In this document: piece after piece, positions 1 through 12,900 of the stretch
Numbering within the stretch: position 1 is the stretch's first letter
Layout: each line of letters starts with the position of its first letter
DNA from: Tubulanus polymorphus
Lineage: Eukaryota > Animalia > Nemertea
Direction of reading: 5' to 3'
DNA length: 64,000 nucleotides
NCBI RefSeq assembly: GCF_964204645.1
Contig: NC_134027.1
Location: 10,200,485-10,264,484, forward strand
Made by a program: the position numbers and the translations under genes
The notes under the pieces: model-generated
Databases searched by the model: none
The model's input: the letters and a program-made list of their open reading frames with translations, nothing else
What the model was told of the DNA's origin: nothing

Positions 1-1159
1 GAGCAAATAAATGGAATTTTTTAAAGCCCTTGACAATGACAATATTGGTAGGTTATACAGTACACCGCGCCTTATTTGGACATGCCCATCTTAGACATTT
101 GACTAACTCAGATAAAACAAAATCATATTCAGACTATCTTATATATCCTTCACTCTGAGCAATTTTGCTTACGATTGAAGTCTCTAATAAACAAATCAAA
201 CAAAAAATGTAGATTGCGAAATTGAAATTACGCTGGACAACAATTATCATAACGATCATCGCTAACATTGGCGGGACAAGATCGGGTGGCTTGCGTCATC
301 AGAAGCAGTCAGTGCGCAAAAATGAACCAAGGCGCCGAATGTTAAACAAATCGCAACGCATGGCACGCCAACAACAGGCGCCAGCGAGCTCAGCTGTCAT
401 ATCAAAAAACATAGATACTCATTCCATAACCCATAACACATGAATTTCATTTTCTATAATGAGTAATGATGAAAGATTAACTGGTATCAAAAATTACGTG
501 TACAAAAATGACGACACATGTTCTTCGCGTCAATTTCGCGTATATATATATATATATCGATTATTACAAATATTCAAAATAACCGCACATCTTTCGTTGG
601 ATCTACAGACACGACGACGACACCGATAACGGTAAAAATAACGAATGATTGATAATAACACGCGGAATTTTACAACAGGAAAAAAAGGTTCGCATCGGTC
701 CGTCATTTTTCAAACAACGCTTAAAAAACACAGCTCTCGTTTCTATCATATAGTAACAAAATATATCGTAACAGCCGAGTTCCGACCGCACGGATGACGG
801 TCGGGTATTTTTCAGTTTCTTGAATCAACGACGTCAGGATAAAAATGATGCACATTTACAAGTTAATTACACAGGATCCATTATCATCATGTAGACGTAT
901 ATACCAGTAACATATATACCGATATATACATTATTATAGAATTTTTCAGAATGTAACAATTTTCTGATAATAATTTGAACATTTGGATATTCAAATATTG
1001 TAGTATGTACAATAATATGCATATACATCATAGAGGTTTTCGACACTATTAATGATTTTCTTTTGTTAACGGACAAAAATATCATATACGTTTAGTACCA
1101 GGTGATAAATGTGTGAGGCCAATATCTTCTAGGCGGGGCAAGAAGCCCTATTTTGTCTC

Positions 1160-1436
1160 TTAACCCTTTCAGTGCGTCTACACCGCAGTGCAGAGTATAA
1201 ATCGGTGACGGACTTTGCTAGTACACCGCATTGTGGTGTATTAATGTTTGTATCTCTAATGAAAGATGGCAGCATCTGTCAAACGCAGTTAGATATAAGC
1301 AACTAACGATACACCGCACAGTGGTGAGCATTATAGCTGATCCCTGTTATTTGATGCACTGGGCTGGAATTTTTCAAACATTTTCAAATTATCTCCGGCA
1401 CTTTAGGGTATTAATTAGTCAGCATGACAGGGTGAA
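1160..1436. mobile_element. piggyBac-type MITE, same family as 49251-49538
   Basis: Starts TTAACCCTTTCAGTGCG and shares the internal sequence (GATGGCAGCATCTGTCAAAC, GGGTATTAATTAGTCAGCA). Right end degenerate. Confidence 0.78.
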
Positions 1437-3809
1437 GATCTGATTTGTCAGTCATTCTTGACATGTCAGGTAGAATACAATAACGAGTAACTGAATATCA
1501 CTTCGCTAGCATGTAGGTACCTCGCCAGAGAACAACACTGGACCCCACTGCCCGGAATTCATTCCACCCGAAAAGTACGATTACTCAATTACAGCAGTAA
1601 AAAATTCTTATAATCCAACGAACAGAGAACGACCACCGAACACGATTACAAACCGACAACACTTAAAAAACTAATCATCGCTATTCAAAAATTGCTCGAA
1701 CCCAGTTCCCATAGAGAACAACTGACCCTAAAAATGCTTCCAAACCATCTACCCGAACAAACATGTTTATATACACATATGTACAGACAATGTGTTCGAT
1801 ATTATGCATTTTAACACATATACAATAACCTGGTATACCTATTCATTGATCATATATATTTAATGAATATGAATAACTAAACCATAAACTTTTCCATAAA
1901 TGCAACTGAAATGTCTTCCCAGGAACATTCAAAATATAACACGATGAATCAAAATCAAAGAACACTGAAACGATAAAGAAATGAAACATCGTACGCGGAG
2001 AAATGTTCACGAATAATATCGACACGTCCATCGGTTAAAGGTCAATGACATTAAAAATAACGAAACTGAACACCGTCACACACTTAAACAGCTAAAAACC
2101 GGCCATTCAAAAAACTTGTTCGATCGCTGTCGTTAAAGTCTAAATATGGATACAAAAATATTTCAAAAACGCAAGCCAGTAACCGCTTCATTCATAACTA
2201 ATCAGATAAATCTGAACATCAACGTATATAGTGAATATAGGGCTCGACGAATTACAACATTATCAAATACCAAACATCGTTTTATAATACATTTTTTATA
2301 CTATGTACACGTCTATACAATTGCAAATTTTCACAGCAGCTTTCTGATTCTTCACTTTTATCTGCGGTGGAGCAACAAACATGAAATCCGTTCAGTAGGT
2401 TTCACCGTGAGGTTTTCAATGTGATTCGCGACGATACTTATGGTGCCAAAAACCAGTCAATATGCCTATCAAACGTGAGCGTACCCCACAGTACTAGTAA
2501 GCTAGACTCCGCGCCAGATGGATCCGATCAACTCGGATAACCGTACAATTCGAATGTTTATTGAAATATTTTTTGTTACCCTATCATTCAAGAATTACAT
2601 GACACATCCAACTCGGATATCACTTAAAGAGACATTTTCAGACACGGTACCATAAGATCGGACTCGAGCGGAGTCTACTGTGTTATACGGCAACATTTGT
2701 TAAGTTATTCCCGGGTTTGAAAACATGGGTGATAACGATCTTAGAAACGAAGAAACCCGACAAATATGAAAATGTTGTTTCTTACAGATAGCGCTATAGC
2801 ATAACTATATGTAATTTATAATATTCAGCCCACAATCCTACAGGTTAATTTCCGGAATATGAATTCTGACGATACTATCAATACCAGTAACAGTATAAAG
2901 AAGAAATTTCATCTGAAATGTATATTTTCCACTCGATAATGCCCGAATTTAACGGTTAATGTTTATGCATCAGCTGTCTTCACAGAGGCTATCAATTTAA
3001 GTTTTAAATGCAGTCAAGACTAGCTCTAGCCCTGGGGAGTATCGAGTATATAGGCCTCATAGAGGTATCTATTTCCCATTTACACTAGTGGGAATGAAAT
3101 TCGATAACGACGGCCTGCAATAAAAGAATACGGGATCCAATGAACTTTTGCATTAGTGAGACTAACAACTGAGACATTTTTCTTATCACTTGGGGAGTAC
3201 ATATCCGCTACCTAGAATTCTGCCAAAAACTAGAATAAATTAAAGTTTTCATTCTTACTTTTTACTGTTCCTTCTATTTCAAAAGGCCTGCAAAAGAATT
3301 GATCTTTTTATCTCTTTTCCTTACTCCAAGCAATTAAAAAACGCCTTGAGATCCACAAGTAAAACGACTGCATGATACTACGTCCAATTACATGTCAAGA
3401 TTCATTTAAGTTCCAGTCTGAATGGAAAAATTCAATTTATCAGAGTTCATCCATCTAAGGATCCATTCAAAACGTCTGTGTAGACATATCTTAATACTTC
3501 GTAATGACTGGTGTCAGAAATATACGCGCATATATCCATATATGGTCGCGTAGCCAGAAAAAAGGCTGAAATTGAACAAAAATCTCATTGTTTTTAGTCA
3601 GAGAACACACGCACAAGAAGTTTGATACCGAGAACCGACAATATACCCCGGTTACACACTTTTATGCACACGTACAATCGCATATTATCATTGTTACATT
3701 TGATGAAGAAAAACGCCACCTAACAACAAAAATCAGCATCGACAACGTCATAAAAAATGGCAGACTCTGTATACGCACGTATATATATCATATAAGTATT
3801 TACCAAATC

Positions 3810-3866
3810 AATATAATAATAATTATAATAATCATAATAATCACCTTAATAATAATAATCATATTA
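3810..3866. repeat. Imperfect (ATA)n microsatellite
   Basis: Run of ATAATAATA/ATCATA triplets. Confidence 0.7.
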
Positions 3867-4245
3867 AAATTGGCCATTTGTAAAAAGTATATCTCAAAAA
3901 ATTAGTTGTGATTCGTTTGAAAAAACGTCACATTCTATTAATACATGAGTTTCCTTCTAATATTGATGTTGTTGTATAAAAATCATATTATTTCAACGAT
4001 ACATTCAAGTATGTACACGTCTCGAGTACATGATAGTATTTTTCATCAGTAAGATTTGTGCGTTGGACCACCACGTAGGCATTGAGTAATTGTTACATCA
4101 TGTCCGTTCACCTCCCGTGAACCGTTCGAATTATATACGTTATATATATTTTTATGATGAGCTAACGAAGAACATCGTACGTACGTTCTCGTACGCGTGA
4201 TCGGACATAATCCCTATCTGTCTACCAGTCGGTTTCAAAAAACCA

Positions 4246-4486
4246 CATCCTCACTTGCCAGGGTTTGATTGCCTCCAGCCCAAGCTCACGCCAATCTCGG
4301 GCAGTGTGATAGACCGGTCTATCGCACTGCCCAAGATTTCTTTGCAAACAGGTTGCCGTTCAGAGGCCACCAGTACATATCTAGCCAATTTTGGGCGAGG
4401 TTATAGACCAATGAAGAGTCTGCGGCCAGGGTTTATGCTGGCGCGAGCTTCGGCAGGAGGCGATCAAACCCTGGCAAGCGAGGATG
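4246..4486. mobile_element. Palindromic MITE with 9-10 bp target duplication (MULE-like)
   Basis: ~40-bp TIR CATCCTCACTTGCCAGGGTTTGATTGCCTCC / GGAGGCGATCAAACCCTGGCAAGCGAGGATG, flanked by CAAAAAACC(A/G) on both sides. Confidence 0.75.
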
Positions 4487-6993
4487 CAAAAAACCGATGA
4501 ATAATGAGATATTTACGTATTTCCATTTGTGTAATGTTCGAGATTATCAGGCGATGTTGGTATATTTGTGGACTAAGTTTCTATATACTCAACAACATAT
4601 AGTCATGGATACGAATTCCACCGATGGGATTATCGATTGCGGACCATCTCGAAGTCGATCGGAATTTTTTTGCCGGTCAGATGGTTGTCAAAATCAAGAC
4701 TTCAGAAAACTGAGGATAGCACGCTGATAAACAGACTGGCTTCAAAGTTCTGTGAAATTCTAACGATAAGTCAAGTGAACTACTTTGTCATCTCCCATTC
4801 GTCAAAAAACCATATCATATAGATTTTCAATCAGTTGAAACTGATCATTATGATGGCATCAAAAAATGTGATCAAAGATCAGTGATTGAACCGTATTTCA
4901 AAATACACTCTTTATACTTATTGTTCAGTATCTTATAGAACTCTGCTGAAGGAATATTCATCAGATACTTCCGCAAACTAAAGCACCAGGTTTTCTCGTG
5001 AAAATTTCCAACTATGATCATGTTGTAGGCCTATGATGTGAGTTGTGTATTATAATAATATACATGCTATAAGAATCTGCCTTAACGTGAACCTATTTTC
5101 AAATACCAGCAAAGATTACAAGCAAACATCGAACTCAAAAAGTAAAATCGAAATCGGGGTTACAATTTACACGTGCATGAAAAATCAACCTAATCGGGGT
5201 TTGACCCATCTTGAAAAACTAAAACGAACTAGTACTTTATCAAACTATCAGAACTTGACACGCTAGTACAACCGGTACTTAGTTATCAATCGAATTTTCA
5301 ATGAAACAATGACTGAAGACGTAAATAAGTCGATGTCGAACAAAATCAGCGATAAAAAACCCGGTGCAGGCTCAAGGCTGTCCCAGGATTCGTCGAGATA
5401 AAATGTCTAAAAACTTAGCGAACCCTGTGTATTAGTACTAATCGAACGCATATCATCGGTAATCAATGCGTCAACATGTTTTCGCGTATTAGTTAGTTTT
5501 AATATGTTTCCAAAGCCTCAATATCGATGCATAGATAGGTAAATAATACCGGTAGATAGATAATATATAAATGCATATACGGTACCGTATTTGTAACAGG
5601 TAATTTCATCGCGGCGAACAAGGCTTTCGTTGCGTATCCAAATCTCAATATGACTAATAATCTCTTTAACATCTTCACGAATATCGATGGCAAATGCATA
5701 TATGTTAATGAGCAGTTTTGAAATGAATGTTACGACTAATATATATTGTTATCGTGATTGCAAAAGACTGGTTCGACAATTATCTACTTTCCAATCAAGA
5801 AACTTCATCTGCATTCAGTCTAAAGTTTATTTTGTAGCCCACAAAGTTCAATATATGGATTTGAGAAAGTAGGACCAGCACTGTACACAGAAATAGTTTT
5901 AAAAAGTGCAGAAATTGAGCAATATCTTGAGACAGCGATCTTTAATGGTACAAAATCTAGTCATTTGTAGACCTAGGAGGCCAAAAACTACCAATATCTT
6001 CCACAATATTTTATCTATACCATTGGTTTAAGTAGGTAGAGTAGTTTAATAATGTTCAAAATGCTTAAGATACCATAGGTCTAAGTAGGTAGGTAGAATT
6101 GTGGTTTAATAATGTTCGAAATGCTTCTAGGAAATATTGTCCCCTGATGTTTCATTTATACCAAGTAGGTAGAATAATGTTCAAAATGGCTTAGTTAAAA
6201 GGAAATAATTTTGCTTTCGCCATCAAGCCTCTCTAACGACACTTAAACTCAACGAAAAAGCGGAGTGTACCATATAGCGTCAACTCAACAACGCAATATT
6301 CCGGCGTGGTATTCGAAAATAGATTCACGGCACAACGCAGAATCTACAACTACAATACACACTAACGATACCATAACAATCAGGACAATGCTACAACAGC
6401 GAACTACCTGCAACTAATAAACTGGTTTTCGGCCTCATCACATAAAATTTAGACATACACGCACACGTACATTATCGCAGACATAATACACGTACGTATT
6501 CGTTTAAAGAGATAGGATGCGTTATGAGTAGGATGCGTTATGAACAGTAGTTATACAAAGTGGATTCGATATGAGTATCACACGTATGCGGTATGAAGGG
6601 AGATATAGGTTTGTGTTATCGATATCGGTATTAGTATTGCTGGTCATCGCTCTCGTATGCCAGCCCAAATCAATCAATCAATCAAAAGTACGTCTGCTAG
6701 TCGTCAATGAAGAAGAGATAGCGTTTTTTTTTTCGACAGTGATCTAATCTCACCAGTATTGCGCAGTTACGTTACTTCAAGTAGCACCAATAAATGCAGT
6801 TTTTCCATCGTTCGACTTCTGTATATAAATGCCCTCTCTACCCGTCGTCATTTCATCTTGTTGCTCCCAAAGTTGCTCCTTCATGCACGAAATTCTCATT
6901 CATTCCAAACGTCTCCGAAACATCTCGGTCAGCTGAAGACGATCGTCGTCAAAACTATTTTTTCAACGTTGTCCGAAAGTCGGTTGTCGCGCT

Positions 6994-9900
6994 TCAATCG
7001 GCCGGTTCGTTGTATTTCATCTTGTTGTTATTATTGCCTTCTTCGATGTGCTGCGAAGCACTAGGCGATAACAACCGACTCGTGTCGACATCTTCGAACT
7101 GTTGCGGAACCTCGCCGTGGGCGGCTGCCTCTTCTTTGCCCTCACCAGCGGATGTGTCCCCGCCGGCAAGTCCAGGAACGCGCTCCGGAGATCTGAAAAT
7201 ATGCGTATCGAATTAAGAAGATCAAATACCAGAATTTAGCGGGTTAGCTGAATGACGTGAGAAGTTTAAAAAATACATGTACCAGATACACTTAAACATG
7301 TACAGAGAATCCCGCAATAATATCAAAATACAGTCGGAAAATGTAACTGGAGCCAGTGGTTTATTCGACGTTTGGACTATACTACTTCTAATAGTCATCT
7401 TCAGGAATACTGTATTCAGTAACAACTGTTTTTCGTTATTATTGTGGTATTCTCTTTACATTATCGTCTCAACACGATGTGGTTTTTTATCAATCGTGAA
7501 CACTTAAACATACTCAAATAACATACAATACTAAGATAGAAAGCATGACCCAGGTCCAAAGCAGGATTTCAAAGCAGATCTCAACCAGTAGCCGTATTCA
7601 TAAAACCTTACTAAGCCTAGTTGCTTGCTAAGTTCCTTACTACCTATAGTTTAACTACATAGTTAGCAAGCAACAAAGTTGGTAAGCTTTTATGAATATG
7701 GTTGCAGATACCTATCTATTTATACCTATCATTAATGCAAGGCTAAGTGAATTAATGAAAATTTTAGACAAACAAGCAAAACCACATTACACCCAGGTAT
7801 AGTTTATAAATTGGTGATGGACATTGCTAATTCACGGCACTGTGGTGTATCATTCTAATTAGTAATCAGTTCTCATCTCTATGGCACCTGTCAATCATGT
7901 AAAACATAGGTAACTAATGCGGTGTAGACGTACTATAGCCATATGCCCTTACAAGATACAACATATACTGTGATGGAGTTTTCAAAGTGTTTTATATGGT
8001 CAGCACTGAAAGGGTCAAATAAAAGCATCCATCACACTACATACATAAGGTTGAACTTCTTTTGAGAAACCGTGCCCATGATATCTAAATATAGTGCATA
8101 CCTATCTCAACCATGCCCATGATATCTAAATATAGTGCATACCTATCTCAAACAAGCCATTAACACGTATAATTAGAACAAACATCAGTTAACATATATG
8201 GGTAGAATCTTGACAACAGGTTTTAAAGCGAAATGAAATCTAAAATCTAGAAAGCGATCCTATTGTTCGATTTTATAACGAGTTCTCAAGATTCTAGGAG
8301 CAGAGCGTATAGTAAGCCACCCGTATACACGTAACAGGCACACTTACCCTTCGGCATGCTCCACAGTTCGGATCCCACGCCCAGCACTAGCAGTGGGAGC
8401 GGCAGTACTACCCCTACTAGCGCCACCACCCCTTGCCAACTGCGATGCGCTGCGAGATTTAGTTCGACCTGAACGACGAGACGGAGTGCTAGGCCTCAAC
8501 GGCCGACCTCCTTGACTAGAAAATGCAGGCTTTGTAGAACCCTACAATGTAGTATAGTAAAGCCACAGTTTTATTATCCGTTATGCCATATTCTATTGAC
8601 ATTTTCGAAGGATGAAGGGCTTATCATTATTTTTAACCATCTAACAGAACTAAGTAGAAAGGCCAAAGCAATTCAAAGACAAAGGCCGACTAATTATTTC
8701 AAAGCAATTTGACGATAAGTATTGAGTGAATCACTTGAACGTAGAAACTGTGGCCTTACCATATAGGCCGGCATCATAGGAGGCATCCGACCCCTCGCAC
8801 CACGATAGCTCGTAACATGTGACGGACCTCTGAAAACAAAATTCAAGATCTGTCGAGTCACGTCTTACATGAGACATTCTCGAAACCCGTAACCTGAAAG
8901 GTGTCTCCAATCATTGACCAAGTGAAAACCAACGATCGAAAGGTATAATGAATTTGAACAAAAGAAGCCGATTCATACATATTTCTAGGATTTTTTAATA
9001 TTGGTTGGACTCATAATGAAATGCTTTTGGAAGAGGAAGGGAAATCAATAAGATATAACCAGCGAAGGATGACTTTACTCTTATGAAATATCAGAAGCAA
9101 AATGAACGAAAAATATGAATACGATAGTTGAAGTCATTGACTGTAAACGTGAAGTGAAATGAAGCCTCTTCCATAAGGCTTAGTCTTGATATGATGCGAG
9201 GTTATTGTTGCCAGTTGAAATGCACGCTGCCAACCTGTACCGAAGAATTTCGCAATGTGTCCAAATCATCCTAATATGTATGAAGAGCTTTATTCCGCGT
9301 ACTTCGCATGATAAAATATGGCAAAATGTTTGAACTGACGAGAGAAAAAAGAAGGGCCAACTTACCGCCTTCCACCTCGACGATGGGGTGGACCTCCCCA
9401 ACTACCAACTACCACTCCAGCCACCTGCAGTTCACCACCGAGATGCGACTCAGGGTACATCGGACTAGGACCTGAAAAGTAAATGTAGTATATATTGTCA
9501 CGTGAAGTTCTTAGAACTGACGCCATTGTCTAAATGAAAACTACTAACACGTACACGTTATTATGGTCGCAATCATTCATTCACTCAACTTACCCATTAA
9601 ACCCCGCCCCCGACCGAGCATACCACGCCCTCGACCACGCATCGACGGCTGAGACGACGCGGCGAAAGAGGAGCCGGCCGGTAGGACATTCAGCGACGAT
9701 GATGGACCGAGACCGGAGGGAAATGCGCTACCAAACACGGACTTCGGCATGGCGAACTCCAACTTCAAACCTTCTACAACTGCCTGCCTCATCCGCTCAA
9801 CTCTCATCACAAGCTCTACCTACAAACACAAGGCATTTCATACACACTTCACTTGCTGTCCACTACGCAATGTTTCACATACACATACATGAATTATAAT

Positions 9901-12900
9901 TATTTTCATCTTACCAAGATAACTAAGGGTAATTGACACTTTTTCATAGGTTTTCAACCCTTTAAATGATAGGTATTAAAGAGATGATTTGAGATTCAGA
10001 TTCTTTTCTTTGTTGCGTGGTAGGATACATCATATTTAGAAATCGTTAAGTGTCAAATTACCCTATATACACATCATACACTTATTGCAAATAACAAAAC
10101 AAGCAATCTGTCAGTCATACCCAATGCGAATGCGATATCACAGTAAACTATTCATAGTTCATCTAGTGTGCCTCTTACCGAAGTCATGCAGCCATGTGCT
10201 TTTCCCATGTGGCTATGCCATATTGGTTGGTAAGCACAATTAGTCAGATTCACTGGCTGCCAAACGAGCGAGGCATCGTGTGGAAGCCCTCTATTGTTAT
10301 ACTTGTGAAGGTAAGTTTCAGCCAAACCCGTTGCTAAAGGAAAGGCCAACGGCATAGATACCAGGCACCTTTTTGCAAGGATTCAAACCTGACGGCACCA
10401 AGCACAACTCTCTAATAAGAATTCTTATTTGCGTCTATAGCTTTAAATTCAAATAGCTATCCCCACTTACTACATCAAAGCTATATGATATATATGTACA
10501 TGCATATCATTGCCAACAAGCATTCTCCCACAAGATTCATGCCTATATGATTGAATGAAACTCTTATCCAAACACTCAATCAATTAATCATTTAGCAATT
10601 AACACTCAACTCCCCAAACCCGCTCTGGCTATTACTCTTCAAACCCCCCCGAATCTGCCCCGACTTTTTTCATCTGCTACACAAAGACAATTGTAGTGGG
10701 ATTCGAAATAGCTTAGAACAAACTAGACACCTAAGATGTCCCAATTCTGTACATCTTCCTACTTGAAATTCCTAAGTATTTGGAGAATGAACACGTCAGA
10801 TCCAAGCACCCACTTATAAAAACAAGTAAGAATGGATGAATTTCGGGGGGGGGGGGGGGGCAAGGTCACGATTCTGGTGGCCCACCTCATCAAATCTTAT
10901 ATCATATGAAAGCCTCGACTATTTACTACAAAATAACACCAACTTGTAGTACATGGAAATCAACTGGAAATGAGCTATTTTGTATCATGATAATGTGGAT
11001 TTTCCCTTGAATTAGACACCACATAGTGAAATTCCCGAGTAATATGGGTTGAGTAATTCTTAAGACAACTAGCATCATTCGACAGAGCAAATAGCAGGCA
11101 TGCATGTACGATTTCACAATTACACACAGTCATATTTATACACGTGTCATATGTACCTGACCATCACAGATTTCGTGCAATGACGCGCCAGTACTGGCTT
11201 TCAGCAATTTCAGCTGGAAAAGTCGTCCGTCGAAGAACATCCATGGACAACACATCGTCCAGGGGATCGGTGCACCGCAACCATCGTTCGCAAAAATCGC
11301 CGCTTCGATTCCTTGCATAAACAAACTCGCCACATGAATCCCTCGTACGTCGACGCTGGGCAACTGAAATTTAAATACATGTAACTCAAAAAATTTTGTT
11401 GACATTTTCCTTGTAAAAAGGAATTATTCATTTCTTTGAAAACATGTCTGCACGGCAAATTGTTAATTCTATATTAGTTATCTGTTCATTATTGCCACTT
11501 TACAATAACTTGATCCATACAAAACTCTGCAATACACAGATTGATTTCAAACTTTTTTTCAAACTTTAGTTGAATGATTCTCTTTTGTGTTTCTGTCCGA
11601 TTCAAACAATCTCTAATAAAGGTCTATCTCTTATATATCTCATATATTTCTTTATCAATGGTTGACTTGTAATATAGTTGAGTTCTCCATTCACGGATGA
11701 GGCGCGGTAGATGACTCACTCAACTTAAGAATATATGGGCTGGGCTAAGGGAAATCATGCCAATACAATAAGTAAAATCACAATCAGAAATGAATCAAAT
11801 ATAGGATTGTTGCAGTAAGTGATTATCAGTTTATCATTCTCACTATCATTATTACCGTTAATTTACTTACTTGAATATCTGTCAAGTGACGCGGTGTGAG
11901 AAACATGGGCGAAACACTTTGCGCCAGGAATGCATCGAGTTCATACTGTCTTAATACCAGCTTTTCATGCATCATGATGTACCTGTATTTAAGGCAAAAT
12001 TAGACGAAATTAGCCGCCGATCTCTAGTAAAAATGACAAGAAGCTTTTGTCAACCCTAAACAACTTGAGAAGAGCATTTTATCGATCATTTTGAAGCGGC
12101 AAGTTTGATTCCATAAATTGGAACATCATAGAAGGGAATTGACCCGATTTTCACAAAATAAACATAAGATCTATGGATATCAATATGCCACATTTCATTC
12201 ATCACCCAGCCTGTTATGGGCTATTTCCAATTAGAACTAGCCAGGTATGGTATTCTGATAAGATTTATTTCAAATTAGAACTACCGTATTTTCCGGCCAA
12301 TAAGCCGATTTTCTAGCCTCAGATTTTTACCCAAAATATCGTGATCGGCTTATTGGGCGGATACGATCTGACATAAAAAATCACTTCCCGATCTATGCCA
12401 CTCTAATGCTCTCAATGATCGTCAAAATCAAGAAAAGTGGTCGATATTTATTTGAGGTCATTATTTACTACCAATTATAATCTATTTTGAACTATTTTAT
12501 TTTTACTTTGATTGTTCCATCACCGCACAGCGGCAATGGTATTTATATAACGCGCGAGTTCATCGTACTACCACGTGTCAGTTCATACATTAGTATATAT
12601 GCAAATCAGCAGTGAGCCGCGTACTGCGTGTATGGCTGTGTGTATAGTAATCAGCTGAGTGAGTCTATACACAGCACAGTCACTCGGCGATGATAGTATA
12701 CACAGCACTCTCACACATCGGCGGGCGCTACTGTCAGCCTCTTAAATCGTCAATTAAGACGAACTAATTGACAAATCAGTGAATTAAAATCTCTGACCTC
12801 GGCTTATTGGGCGAAGCTTTATGAAATCCATGTATTTTAGGCTAAAAAACTGCCCTCGGCTTATTGGCCGAGTCGGCTCATTGGCCGGAAAATACGGTAG

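Noticed and set aside
3588-3905. ORF with poly-Ile transmembrane-like stretch
   Set aside because: Translation of an (ATA)n microsatellite.
6930-6960. Hammerhead-like CTGAAGA...AAAAC
   Set aside because: Lacks the GAAA core and convincing stems.
6759-7216. Plus-strand ORFs of 101 and 140 aa
   Set aside because: Antisense to the FAM120A last exon and 3' UTR; no domain signal.
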